A stretch of 62,000 nucleotides of DNA from Felis catus. Lineage: Eukaryota. Both the position numbers and the translations under genes were made by a program. The first letter of the stretch is position 1. The number at the start of each line of letters is the position of its first letter. The notes under the pieces are model-generated. The model saw only the letters and a list, made by a program, of their open reading frames with translations, was not told where the DNA came from and did no database searches. This document shows, in pieces, positions 48,981 to 62,000 of the stretch. Location: the NCBI RefSeq assembly GCF_018350175.1, contig NC_058383.1, positions 4,588,001 to 4,650,000 of the forward strand. The letters run 5' to 3'.

Positions 48981-51879
48981 TGTAGAGCAAGGACCCTGGA
49001 GTGTGGGGGCCCTCCTGTGTTCCGCTCACAAAGCCCTGTGCCTTCTAGGTCCTTGGCCTTCCAGTTTGTCAGCTTGGGGAGCCCTCCCCCCACTGTGGCC
49101 TGGAAGGTCTGTCCAGGCAGCACGCTGGGCACCCACGGGGACCACTTCCTGTGCCCACTGTCCCCATGGCATGACTTTCTTTTGTCCAAGCTTTCAGTTG
49201 AATCAGGAAAGTAAATCTGGTTCCTGCTTCCTCACAATGCCTAATAATGGAGGATGACAAATCATTACCATTTGAGGGACGGCCTCTTTATAGAAACAGA
49301 AAATTTTATCTTCAGTATTCTTACATTTCACTTTAATGAAGTAAGGATATTTCCATATCTTTCCTGTTTGGAGCACCAGATGTTCTTTTGAGGTCATTTT
49401 GGTTTCTTCCCCCACCCCCCCCCGCCTCCGAATACATGAAATTAAGTAGTCCTCGCCCCAAGTAGTTCCTTCTCTGCATCTGTAGTTGCCACCACTTCGG
49501 AGATTCCTGTGATCTTGCCCATGCCTCCACGTTTGTACCCCTTTCCTGGCACACATTATTCTTGCCGAGGTCTCCTGCACACAGTCCTTGCCACACAGTA
49601 TCTCCCAGCTCATTAACCACCGGCTCATCGGAACCACTGAATACTGTTCACACTCAACATCTCACTTCTTTACTTACTCCTACTTCATGTTACCAATACC
49701 CTCTAGTTTCCTTGAGGATGTTTATTTAGCATAGGTGCGTCAGTTTGCCTTTTTCTTTTCTTTTTTTCATGTTTATTTACTTAGGGCACACATGCGAGCG
49801 GAGAAGGGGCAGAGAGAGGCAGAGAGAGAGAATTCCAAGTAGGCTCTGCCCTGTCAGCACAGAGCCCAACACGGGGCTCAATCCCATGAACCGTGAGATC
49901 ATAACCTGAGCCAAAAACAAGAGTTAGATGCTTAACCGACTGAGCCACCCAGGCGCCCCCAGTCTGCTTTTTAGTGGCTGAAGTCTCAGATGTCTCTCTG
50001 CCAGAGCTCCTTTTCTCCCAGGAGCCCCTGCAATCCTGCCTGCAGGAAAAGCCAGTCACTCCCGCTTCCCAGAGAAGGTTTCTGGAGAACCCATACGTCA
50101 CGAAGCTGGCAAAGCTGGCGTTGGCTTTCCCGTCTGTCCACCCCACCCAGACAACCATGATACAAAAGGATTCCCCTTCCTGACTTTTAAACTAAACTAC
50201 CTTAAATTTCTTCTGTTGTCATGCAAGCTTAGCTGGGGGGGGGGGGGGGGGGGGGCTCCTGCCAGGCTGGAGGGCTGTCCTGTGGTCCTGAGCTCAGCAC
50301 TTGCTTTCTTGTCCCACTGGCATCACGTCAGGTGATCGTGTAGAGAAAAGAACACGGTTTTGAAGCTGGGCTCAGCAGGTGCCATGACATAAGCACCAGT
50401 CCCTTCACTGTGTTCCTTCACAGAGAGACCACAACTGCCCTGTCGTCCCTTGGAGGACTGACATTATTTTCTCCCCATACTCTGCTCACAAGTCCACGAT
50501 TCAACTAGTTCACCAATCTTGAGAGGAGTTCAGGAGTTACAGCAGTTTGATTCCTTTCACGTGACAGGGAATTTACTTTTTTGTCATGATTACCACTGTG
50601 GCAACTGAGGGGGCGGGGGGTTACCTACTAGTTGAATTTCTTCATGGCCTCTGTAGAATTTAATTTGGGGAATACTGTAACACTGTTGTGCAATGGGTCA
50701 CACGTTTGCCCTCACATTAAAGGGCCTACCTGGGTGGACAACAAAACGGCATGATTTGGGACGGAGTAAGGGGCAGTGGGTGAAGTTTAGCCCTCAGGTG
50801 TAAGTGAGCTCGCGTTACTGTCTCTGGCATATTTAAGAGACTTTAGGGAAAAAATCTGAAAAGTTAACTGACCCCAAGCTGAGCAGCAGTAAATATGGGG
50901 ATGGGGCAGGGGGGGCAACCCCCTGATGAAAGAGGCAGGCTCTGGCTGGCATGGAAGGGGGGTCACGGCCTTGCCTGACCACATGCCTAGTGGCTAAGCC
51001 CGACAGACTGGAGAACCGGCAGCTGCCAAGGGGGACCGCACCACCGAGCCCCAACTTTCTGATGACTGCACGTTAAGCAAGGCGTTCATCTGTTTACACT
51101 GCAAGCTTTGCCTGGTAGGTTAAATGGGAAATCAAATCACGTCCACAGAGTCTGCTCCATCCAATGTCATTACTCATCCCCTCTGTGCCACTGAGCTCAA
51201 CCAGCCCCCTTCCCTCCCCACACCAAGTCCTCATCCTTTTTATGATGCAAAATTGGGCTGTTTCTTTCACATGCACTCATTTGTGCTGTTAACAACAGAG
51301 TATCTGTAAAAAAAAAAAAAAAAAAAAATTTTTTTTTTTAACATTCATCTTTGAGAGACAAAGAGAGACAGAGCGTGAGTGGGAGAGGGGTAGAGAGAGA
51401 AAGGGAGACACAGAATCTGAAGCAGGCTCCAGGCTCTGAGCTGCCAGCACAGAGCCAGACCTGGGGCTCGAACTCAGAATGCAAGATCATGACCTGAGCT
51501 GAAGTCGGACGCTTACCCGACAGCCACCCAGGCGCCCCAACAATGGAGTATCTTACATTTGCTGAAAGGAAACCTTCTAAGTACGATTTCCCATCAAGTC
51601 AAACTCACCGTTTTATGTATTCACCTCCAAGCAAGGTCACCTCTATGACAGTAATGCAGAAGACGCATCCCGAATTCAGAACGTGAAAAACAACTTGAGA
51701 AAATAGGAAATGTTTACACACATTAGTTCTTTATTGGAAGAGGCGGTTCGGACCCATTTATATATGCAAAAGGGAAGGATGACAAAATATGTAATGGCTC
51801 TGTCACCTCTTCAAATATTTTACTTAAAATATACTTTATATTAAGCTTTAAGGTCACAGTGTAGGAAATCTCTGTAGTT

Positions 51880-54680
51880 GCCATTAAAACTACTCTAAGG
51901 AGTATTTCCTGCTCAAAATTATGCAGGACTTCAAGATAATATACATGCAGAAAAATACACATATCTTAAGTGCACAGAACACTCAAGATATTGAGCACCC
52001 AGATTTAGAAACAGTATTACCAGCACCAGATAAATACCATTTTCAGCCTTGCCTGAGGCTAATGGATATCCTGATTTCTAACTGCATAGGAAGTTTTTCT
52101 GTTCTTATACTTTACGTAGGTGGAGTCATACAGTATGTTTGCTCCTGTGACTGGATTCCCTCGTTCAGCTCTGTGAAACTGAGCTATTATTGCAAGTACT
52201 TCTGGGTCTTGTTCCTAATGTTCTAGTCTTCTGCAGTGAATTATACCACTTGGGTTCGCTCATTCCACTGCACGCATGCCTTCAGAGAATTGTTTCTTGC
52301 AGTTTTATGCCAAGAATACTCTAGTATGTCCTTTGGTTGTCATAAATGCACAGATCTGCGAGGTTTGGGTTAAAAGGGTACATGCATGTTCAAAAGTGAC
52401 AGCCTTCCAAAACGGTCATACCAGTTGGCAATAGCTCCAGCAGGGCACGCTTCCCGCGGCTCACATCCTTGCCAAAACTTGATCCTTTCTCATGCTTTTC
52501 ACTTTAACCATCTCAGAGGGTGGGTGGTAGTTCCACATGGCATTTTAAATGTGCGTTTTCCTGATTACTAATAATGTAACTGTTCATGATTATCATCTGG
52601 ATATCCTCTTAACTGATGTCCCCAATCTTTTTGCCCATTTTCTATTTTTTTCTTGATTTGTAAACGCTCCTTTTAAACTTTTTTTAAGTTTCATTTATTT
52701 TGAGAGAATGTGGGAGGGACAAAGAGAGAGAATCTCAAGCACTCCCCGCACTATCAGCATGGTGCCCTATGCAGGGCTCGAACTCACCAAACACGAGATC
52801 ATTACCTGAGCCAAAATTGAGACAAGAATGCTCAACCAACTGAGCCACCCAGGAGTCCCCGTAAACGCTCTTTTTAAGTTACAGATCCACAGCTGGAAAC
52901 TATGGCCTGCAGGCCAAATCCGGGCTGTTGCACGTGCTTTTGAACAAAGTATTATTAGGACACAGACATGTTCACAGAGGCTGTCCAGCCCACAAAGCCC
53001 CAAGTACTTATTATCTGGCCGCTTCCAAAAACGTTCACCAACCCCTCCCGTATGCTCAAGTCTGCTGTCGTATGTTGTATACATAAGTTATAAGTATCTT
53101 TTCCCTCTGTTTCTTGCCTATTTGCTTTCTTAGTGGGGTCCTTTTGATAAACAGAAGTTTCAAAAAATTAATATATCCAAATTAACTGATTTTATTTTAT
53201 ATTTATAGTTCAGTGACTTTGGGATCTTTTCTAAAAAAAGTTTTTTTTAATGTTTATTTTTGAGAGAGAGCACAAGTAGGAGAGGGGCAGAGAGAGAGAG
53301 GGAGACACAGAATCAGAAGCAGAATCCAGGCTCTGAGCTGTCAGCACAGAGCCGGACGCAGGGCTCGAACTCACGAGCCGTGAGATCATGACCTGAGCCA
53401 AAGTCAGACGTTTAACCAACTGAGCCATCCAGGCATCCCCGGGGACTTTGGGATCGTAAGAAAAATTTTGCTTGCTGTAAGGTTACATATAGTCTACTAA
53501 GTTTTCTTCTTAGAGCTTTATTATTTTACATTTCATATTTAGATCTGCAATCCACCTCAATCCACATTTCTATTTTCTATTAAATTATTAAACGCAATGG
53601 CAACACATTTATTAGAAAGAACATCTCTCCCATTACACTGGATTATCATTTTCATCAAAAACCAAGTGACTGTATTATGTATGGGTGTTTCTGGAGCCTT
53701 TATTGTCCCAATGGTCAATTTGTTTATGTATGTGCCAATACCACACAATTATAATATAATCTCTATGGCTTTACGACAGGTCTTCTTTGATATCAAGCAA
53801 TGTAAGTTCTTCTGTTCCATCTATTCCAGAAGATATTCTTTACTATTACTGGCCTTCTGAATTTTCATTTGAATTTGAGAATTAGTTTAATTTTGATAAA
53901 AAAATTTACTAGGACTTTTAAGATTGCATTGAACTTATGAATTAATTTGGGGATAATTGAGATCTTTTTAAGACTGTCCTGGAATCCATGAATCGTATAA
54001 GTCCCTCTCAAGTTTTGTCTTTTTTTTTTTTTCCTGGATACAGTTTTTGAAAATATGGTGTTGGGTAATTTTCCCTCTAGGCACTTGAGGATTTTTGATG
54101 CTATTGTTGAGTGGTATTGCTTTTAAGTTTTTCACTTTTTATGTTCACTGCTGGTATATTAAAACATTTTTTGCATCATGACCTTGTATGCACGGACCTT
54201 GCTAAACTTACTCACGTGTTTCCTCAGAATTTTCCATGTACAGAATTATGTCATCTGCAAATAAAAGTGTTAATTCTTTCTAATCCTTATGCTCTCTGAT
54301 TACTTTTCTTCCCTTACTCTCCTGGCTAGGTCTTTCTGCAGAATACTGAATACAATTAGTGACAGGAAATAACCTTGTCTTTTTTTTTTTTTTTTTAATC
54401 TTGGGAGAAAACTTCGCAAATTTCAGCACTAGGCATGCTGTCGTTTTGTGGTTTTAGACACTCTTCATCCAAGGAAGGAAGTTCCTCTCAAATCCATAGT
54501 TTGTGAAGCACATAAACGAATGTTGACTTTACCACCACATGACTTTTCTGCATCCTAGATTACTTCTTTCTATGTGATGTAGTCCAGGAATTAATTTTTG
54601 ATTATTAAATGACCCCCCTTGTGTTCCTGGAGTAGTAAAACCCATTGATCGATGTCTTATCCTTTTGCCAACATCCATCT
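51880..54680 (-). mobile_element. old L1M fragments with inserted CanSINEs (52678-52860, 53232-53440) and MER58A (52885-53047)
   Basis: Antisense L1 text (gtgccaataccacac, gcattgaacttatgaattaatttgggga, tgtcatctgcaaataaaa); MER58 terminus aactatggcctgcaggccaaatcc. Confidence 0.75.
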
Positions 54681-55876
54681 ATTCTGTTGGCCCAGAACTG
54701 GGTCATGTGACCACTATAAGCAAGTTACTGGCAGTCCGAATAGAGTTCTCGTGACTGGTTTACACGAATCTGGATTCACACTCTATGTCATGTGAAGAAA
54801 CGGCGGATACCCAAACTCTTCCAGCAAGGAATGAGCGGAGAAAGGACACTGAGTTCATCAACTAAAGCTGTCTGACAGAAACCTGCATTTGTCCCAAAAT
54901 ACTGGGAATAAGCAGTGCAGAGAAGAATGGCATAGTATTCAAATAAAATCAGAGATGAAATTTCTGAATCACGTGGTATCGGCACATGGCTCGCTCAAAC
55001 CCATGCAGGATGGCATGAGACTTGTGTGTATCTTACAGACTACACAGTGCAAGGCCCTCTTTCACGGACACAGACTTAACTCCAAATCATCTATGCATAG
55101 TTTATGAAAATAGTACTTTAAACTTTTTTTGCTCAAACGTAGTTGAAAACGTTATAAAAAACCACGGGCTTACAATTTAATGATGGGGCATTCATGAAAA
55201 ACCCATTTGTAAATACCTTCAAACAAATAGAAAATTATGTATTTAACTATCTGGTACTTATCAAATGTTTCACCCACAATATATAATCCCGTGTCAGTAC
55301 ATTTTGCCACCTTAATACTCAAATTAGAATACTGCCTTTTCCCAAATAATTCAAATCCAAGTTTGCATAGAATTACTGATAGAACACACTTTTAAAACAT
55401 GATAGAAACTGCCATATATGTACTGTCCTCATTATAAACTCCTGATGATTTTATACAATGGTTTATTCAGAGCTGATAGCTTCTGGTATCTTCCCTATAA
55501 ACATGTGAATTTACATCAGAAATATGGCTTTCAGTATAACAATTTCCAAGACAACAGATTTTCCCACATTCATTATTTAGACAGATCTCGCCTTGGTGTG
55601 ATTCCCTGATATGTAAATACAATTTGAATTCCAAAATAAATATTAAATAGTTATCAAGTTTCACGCCTGTATAAATTATCTAGTGTCCAATGAGTTGTAG
55701 GGTCTTGCTTTGAAGGCTCTGTTTCTTCTTGCATCCTTAGGGACTCTCCTCTGTGAAAAACATTAGGTGAAGATGAATCCAATGCCTGAAGAATTTTCCC
55801 CATTCAGAAGCACGAACTCTCAGACACCGATCTTGGACTCCTTGTTGGATCTCGATATACTCAGAGGGCTCTGACT

Positions 55877-57792
55877 TCACAGGAGATCCCCCACAGCCAG
55901 TACGTTCACACTCCCTCTCCTGTGAATTCTCTGATGGCTATTGAAGGCTGACCTGTGGTGGAATTTTTTCCCACACTCGTTACATTCGTAGGGCTTCTCT
56001 CCGGAATGAGTCCTGTAGTGCACGGTGAGGTAGGACTTCTGAGAAAAGACTTTTCCACATTCGTTACATTCGTAGGGCTTCTCTCCCGAATGGCTTCTAT
56101 AGTGTACAGTGAGGTTCGACATCCGAGAGAAGACTTTCCCACATTTACTACATTCATAGGGCTTCTCTCCCGAGTGGATCCGATGGTGGATAGTGAGATA
56201 GGACTTCTGGGAGAAGAACTTCCCACATTCGTAACACTCATAGGGCTTCTCGCCTGTGTGCACTCTTTGATGTCTAAAGAGGGAGGAGTTATGGGAGAAG
56301 GTTTTCCCACATTCGCTACAACCATAGGGTTTCTCTTCCGAATGACTTCTATAATGTATAGTGTAGTAGGACAACTCAGAGAACAATTTCCCACATATGT
56401 TACATTCATAGGATTTCTCCCCTTTCGGAAGTGACTGGTGCCCACTGAAGGCTGAACCGTCAAGGAAGATTTTCCCACATTCGTTACATTCATAGGGTTT
56501 CTCTCCTAAAGGAGCCGGAGGATGGTCGGTGAGATAGGAGAACTGAGAGAACTTTCCGCATTCACTACATTCGTGGGGTTTCTCATCTGTGTGTACCTTC
56601 CGATGCCTAATGAAGGCTGAATTTAAATTGAAGGTTTTGCCACACTCATTACATTCATAGGGTTTCTCTTCTAAATGACTTCTGTAATGGATGGTGAGGT
56701 ATGACACCCGAGAGAAGAACTTGCCACACTCACTGCACTGATAGGGTTTCTCTCCTGTGTGTGTCCTCTGATGGGTAATGAGTGTAGATTTTCGGTAGTA
56801 GGATTTCCCACACTCGTTACATTTGTAAAGTTTCTCTCCCGTATGCGTTCTCTGGTGGTCACTGAGGGCAGACTTGCGGGAGAAGGATTTCCCACATTCG
56901 TTACAGGGGTAGGGTCTCTCTCCTGAATGATTCCTCTGGTGCAGGGTCAGATGGGTCTTTTGGCAGAAGGTTTTCCCACATTCATTACATTCATAGGGCT
57001 TCTCGCCTGAATGAGTCCTCAGGTGTTGGGTGAGATGTAGCTTCTGACAGAAGGTTTTCCCACACTCATTGCATTTATAGGGCTTCTCCTCCAAGTGGGA
57101 TCTCCGATGGACGGTGAGGGTTCCCTTTTGGCTGAAGGACTTCCCACATACATTACATTCATAAGGTTTCTCTCCCGTGTGGGCCCTCTGATGTATGATT
57201 AACTTTGACTTCTTACAGAAGGATTTCCCACACTCGCTGCACTCAAAGGGCTTCAATTCCATCTGTGATCTCTGGTAAACATTAAAATTTGACATCTGGA
57301 TGAAGTCTGACCCGGAGTCATTCCATTCGTAGGGCTTCTCCCCCATATAAGCTCTCTTATGAGTAAGGAAAACAGCTTCGTTGTCTAAGGCTTCCATGCA
57401 TTCACTGTATTCAAAGGGTTTCTCCAAAAGATTAACGTTCTGAAGAATACTTTCTGCGTTTTGAGAATAGCCTTCCCCATTTTGGTTACACTCATAGGGT
57501 TTGTCTCCGTGGTCCGTCTTTCCGCACTCGCTACATTCACTGGGTTTCTTTCTCGCATAGCTGCCGTCACTGATGATTAATTCTGAAGTTGATTCTAAAT
57601 TCTTTCCACATGAGACACAAGTGTGAGATAGGACGCTTGAAGGAACAAGGCTTGTTTCCACATTATGTGTTGTATCAAATGCATCCTCTCTCTCCTCATT
57701 TGGGGTTTTGCTGTTGGTAGAAACAGCCTGCCTTGAAATGTCATCTCCATTTTCTGGGATTCTCTCTATCAGGTCATCAACTTTCCAGACTT
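55877..57792 (-). CDS. RBAK: RB-associated KRAB zinc finger protein, terminal zinc-finger exon
   Basis: Acceptor ttttag|AA at 57793/57792, in frame with ORF 55877-57661. 14 intact plus 2 degenerate C2H2 fingers. Segments such as [19 protein letters not shown] and [21 protein letters not shown] match human RBAK as I recall it. Confidence 0.95.
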
Positions 57793-59595
57793 CTAAAAAG
57801 GAATAAAATTAAACAAACCTTGTGAATCTGAACACAACAGGTACAGAATGGGCTGACTCTGGCTGTATGGCCAATCTCTGCAATAAAATAGTCACAAGTG
57901 TACAATCGTCTGTTCCCCTTTGTTTGTCCTACAAGACAGAAACACACACAAATACACACACATATGGGGATGGGGTAGACCCAGGAAAGGGACAAGTGGA
58001 ATAGGACTGAGAACTATAGACAAAAGGGAGAGTAAGTTCACACCGAATAAAGTAGTACCTTTATTACTTCACAAACTATGTTCAAAACTTTGGTAGAAAA
58101 GGTGAAATAAACCTTTCACCGACATTTGATGAGCAGAGGGCAATGTCACTGAAAGAGCACCAGATTAAGGCGGACCTGGGGGGAATCTGGAGCACATCGG
58201 TCAGACGGTAGAAGAGTAATTGATGTACGAACATTCAAAGAAAATAATCAAGTATGGCCTACGTTTGGAAGCAAGAGATCACCATTTACGTTAAACTGTA
58301 ATATACTGCTTCACACCTAAGATTACCATGGTGACGTTCTCACTAGCCCAGACCCTTCCAAAATTTTTGCCTTTCTACTCTGTACGTAAATCCAAATAAT
58401 CATTCTAAAAATTCCAATCTCCTCACCTTTAGAGACAGTCCCCCACCCCTGTCCCCCAGTCCCTCTCCCCTGGGAGTCTCCGACTCCCCAGCCCTGGTTC
58501 ACCTTCACCTGGAAGGAGAGTTCCTTCCAGGCACATAACTGTCTGAAAGAAATGCAAGATGGACCCGATGGCAAGAGACCCGGCCGCTCAGATCGGCTCT
58601 CTGAAGTGTTCTGACGGGCTTACATAAGCCTAACTGCACTTATTTGCACAACAGAGCGTGGCAGCTAAGAGGACAGAGATGAAGCTACCTTGATTCAAAT
58701 CCACCACTACTGGCTGGGACTTGAGCAAGGTATTTAACTGTGATGCGGCTTCACACAGCTGAAATATGCCCAGACCACCGGGCTGGGAAAGGACCAACTT
58801 AGTGCAAGCAAATCGCTCAGAATAGTATAGGATATGAAACAAATATCCATCAATTTCTTTCAACTTGCTGACCTGAATTTCCTAAAACCAGTCATGTCCC
58901 TGACGTAACACCAAATGAATCCTGAGAACAGAGTTTCCATACACGCAGGTTTCATTTTGTACAAAACCTTGAATGTCAGATTTCTAAAGTGGCCCCCACA
59001 GTATTAACTTTTATTTCTGCGTATCTTACAAGTTTTTGGAGCCTCTGAGCTATTATCATTAGCTGCTCTCATCCACAATCAGTGCAATGGCCGACAGTTC
59101 TGTGCTCAGAAATCTACACCATCCCTGGCCCCAAAGCCCCAAATACCAATAGGAAAAAACAGAGAATTTATCATTCACCAGTAAGATTTTTCAATTACCT
59201 GGATTCACAAATATACTCAAAGTAGCAATTTGCTAGTCTTCCAAAAATACCTCCTGCTCCAGGAAGCCAGGCTATGCCCACTTATTCCCAACCACCAGCC
59301 TGTGCTGATGCCCTTGTTCATTCAATGTGGCTTCCAGCACTGGCTACACTCAAAACCTATCTATACTTCAGGGGAAGCTCTAAAATATGTATTAAATCTT
59401 GGGGCACCTGGTGGCTCAGTCAGTTTAAGTGTCTGACTTCAGCTCAGGTCATATCTCACAGTTTGTGGGTTCAAGCCCCACATCGGGCTCTGCGTGGACA
59501 GCGTGGAGCCTAGGTGGGTTTCTCTTTCTCCCTCTCTCTCTGCCCCTCCCTCACCCGTGCTTTCTCTCTCTCTCAAAATAAATAATAAGTATAAA

Positions 59596-60535
59596 GTTGA
59601 ACAAAGATCAAAATGGCTGCAGTAATGCTTCCATGAAGCTCAATTTTTTATTTATTTTTTTTTTTTTTAGATTTTATTTTTAAGTGATCTCTATACCCAG
59701 TGTGGGGCTCAAACCCACAACCCTGAGATCAAGAGTTGTGTGCTCCTCTGACGGCACCAGCCAGGTGCCCTGAAGCTTGATTTTCTTTTTTAATTTTATT
59801 TTTTTTAACATTTATTTATTTTTGAGACAGAGAGAGACAGAGCATGAATGGGGGAGGGTCAGAGAGAGAGGAAGACACAGAATCCGAAACAGGCTCCAGG
59901 TCCTGAGCTTCAGCACACAGCCCGACGTGGGGCTCGAACTCACAGACCACGAAATCATGACCTAAGCTGAAGTTGGACGCTTAACCGACTGAGCCAACCA
60001 GACACCCCATTAATTTTTTTTTTTAATGTTTACTTGTTTTTGAAGGAAAGACAGAGAGTGAGCAGGGGAGAAGCAGAGAGAGAGAGAGAGGGAGACACAG
60101 AATCTGAAGGAGGCTCCAGGCTCTGAGCTGTCAGCACAGAGCCGCCTGATGTGGGATTTGAACTCACAAACTGTGAGATCACGACCTGAGCCGAAGTCAG
60201 ATGCTCAACCAACTGAGCCACCCCCCGAAGCTCAATTTTAAAGTAAGCTTCTTCCTGTCTTCCTCTCCTTTCTTCTCAGCCCATTCAGGAACCCGTCACC
60301 CCCCTGAAGACTAGCGATGCTGGCGGCATGTACAGTTCTGTCGAGACCTGCTAGATCCTGTATTTCCCTATAAAACCGCCAGTGCCCTCCCCCTGGCGGG
60401 CTTGGAGTCTTGAAGGCCACAGCGTGCTGCAGCCTCCTTTGGCCGGCAAAGCGACGCAGCTACTGTTCCTCTTTACCCCGAACTCTGTGTCTGCGTTGTA
60501 TTTTGGCTGCAAAGCACAGAGGTCCGTTTTCAACA
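59596..60535 (+). mobile_element. carnivore ERV1-like solo LTR in RBAK intron, interrupted by three CanSINEs (59645-60226)
   Basis: GTTGAA...TTCAACA termini, TATAAA 60369-60374; LTR halves rejoin across the GAAGCTCAATTTT duplication. Confidence 0.6.
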
Positions 60536-60983
60536 ATTTAGGGCCTGCATTCAGCATCACCAAACAGAGCACAGGTGCACCCTCGGCGGAGCAGCTCAGG
60601 GAGGGGACAGGTTTTGGTGGCTGAGTGCACAGAGGAAGGAGTGAAATGGGCAGAAAACCAGCCCAAGGCATTTCATAGCAAGGAAGGAAAGACAAAAAGA
60701 ATGAACGTGAGAGTCTCAAGTTGATTTTTCTCTTGGACTTCTGAACGCCAGAAAACAAAGGAATTCTGTGCTACTGGGGGGAGGCTAAGTTACTAGGGGG
60801 GAGACGGGGGAGGGAGGAAGGCACCGGATCCTCAGCACAGGCTCACGCGGAGGTTCCCCACAAGTGCAAATCAAATGCAAAAGGAAAGCAGCCCACACGG
60901 GCGCCTGGGCTCAGAGCTGCCTTCAGTGACTCCCAGGGGTCTGGGGCCACCATGTTTAAAACCGTAACGTGCTCCTGACATAC

Positions 60984-61079
60984 CTGGACGACTCCGACAC
61001 GGCAGGTCACCTTCCACTACCCACGGCTCCTCTCCCTGCTCCAGCTTGAGGATCACTTTCGGTTTGGTGCTGTCGTACC
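60984..61079 (-). CDS. RBAK: RBAK KRAB-B exon
   Basis: 96-nt exon, cacag|GG...CCAG|gtatgt, encoding GYDSTKPKVILKLEQGEEPWVVEGDLPCRSRP. Confidence 0.94.
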
Positions 61080-61306
61080 CTGTGAGTGAGGAATGGAGGC
61101 AGGCTGGGACCGGCTGCACACCTTTCAGGTCTCTGAGTCCAAGATGCTGCCTCGGAGGCTGCCTGATCGAGTGCCCGGTTTTGCACCTTAGCAAAATCCA
61201 GACGTTTCGATGGAGGATTAAACAGACCAATAGCCTAGCGGGAGCCCAAAGAGAGTTAAATGGTGCTATCATTTATTTCTTCAAACTTGAGGGAAGAAAA
61301 TCACTA

Positions 61307-61603
<297 letters not shown>

Positions 61604-61659
61604 TCACGGATTGTACAATCAAACAAACCATAATGGAAATACACTGCCTTTGGGTCCTT

Positions 61660-61895
61660 TTTATTAAGTGTTTATTTATTTTTGTGAGAGAGAGAGAGGG
61701 AGAGGGAGACGGAGAGAGAGAGAGAGAGAGGACAAGCGGGGGAGGGACAGAGAGAAGGAGACACAGAATCCGAAGCAGGGTCCAGGCTCCAAGCTGTCAG
61801 CACAGAGCCTAACTTGGGGCTTGAATCCACGGACCATGAGATCATGACCTGAGCCGAAGTCAGACGCTTAGCCGACTGAGCCACCCAGGTGCCCC
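61660..61895 (-). mobile_element. CanSINE in RBAK intron
   Basis: Reverse-strand SINE with GA tract and T tail. Confidence 0.9.
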
Positions 61896-62000
61896 TGTCT
61901 TTGGTTCCTTTAACTGCCCCCCTAAAAACCAAACTCCCAAACCAGAAAACCAACGGAGTTCCCGTTCTGCCAGTGGGCTGAATTTTGGGGGACGTGAGGT

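Noticed and set aside
50234..50256. long poly-G run (others at 2325, 3160, 10848, 23897, 41897)
   Set aside because: G4-capable homopolymers with no supporting context, and prone to assembly length error.
55906..57570. MNV..VG-repeat ORFs overlapping RBAK
   Set aside because: Standard shifted-frame translations of C2H2 arrays.

Overview
Mammalian (felid) genomic DNA, identified by about 45 tRNA-derived carnivore SINEs (CanSINE/SINEC_Fc type) and carnivore L1/LTR fragments. Gene order: (1) an intact spliced + strand KRAB-C2H2 gene with 5 fingers (CpG-island promoter ~2.3-3.0 kb; coding exons 12769-12777, 20059-20185, 20434-20529, 22896-23788; 374 aa); (2) an isolated, intact, very GC-rich olfactory receptor on the - strand (30244-31221, 325 aa), with a cluster of Ebf/Lhx2-like sites ~3.3 kb upstream; (3) a small spliced - strand gene (47.55-48.76 kb) with a frameshifted signal-peptide ORF, matching RBAKDN; (4) the last three coding exons of RBAK on the - strand (61366-61492, 60984-61079, 55877-57792). 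From memory, order and orientation match human 7p22.1 RBAK-RBAKDN-OR10AH1P-ZNF890P, where the last three are non-coding or pseudogenes; this needs a synteny check. Most notable observations: a decayed profilin-like reading frame at 46.2-46.8 kb, the disrupted secreted-peptide frame in RBAKDN, the lone intact OR with non-canonical motifs and a candidate private enhancer, and patches of extreme GC/CpG gain suggesting GC-biased gene conversion. Repeat boundaries are approximate and repeat family names are assigned by eye.
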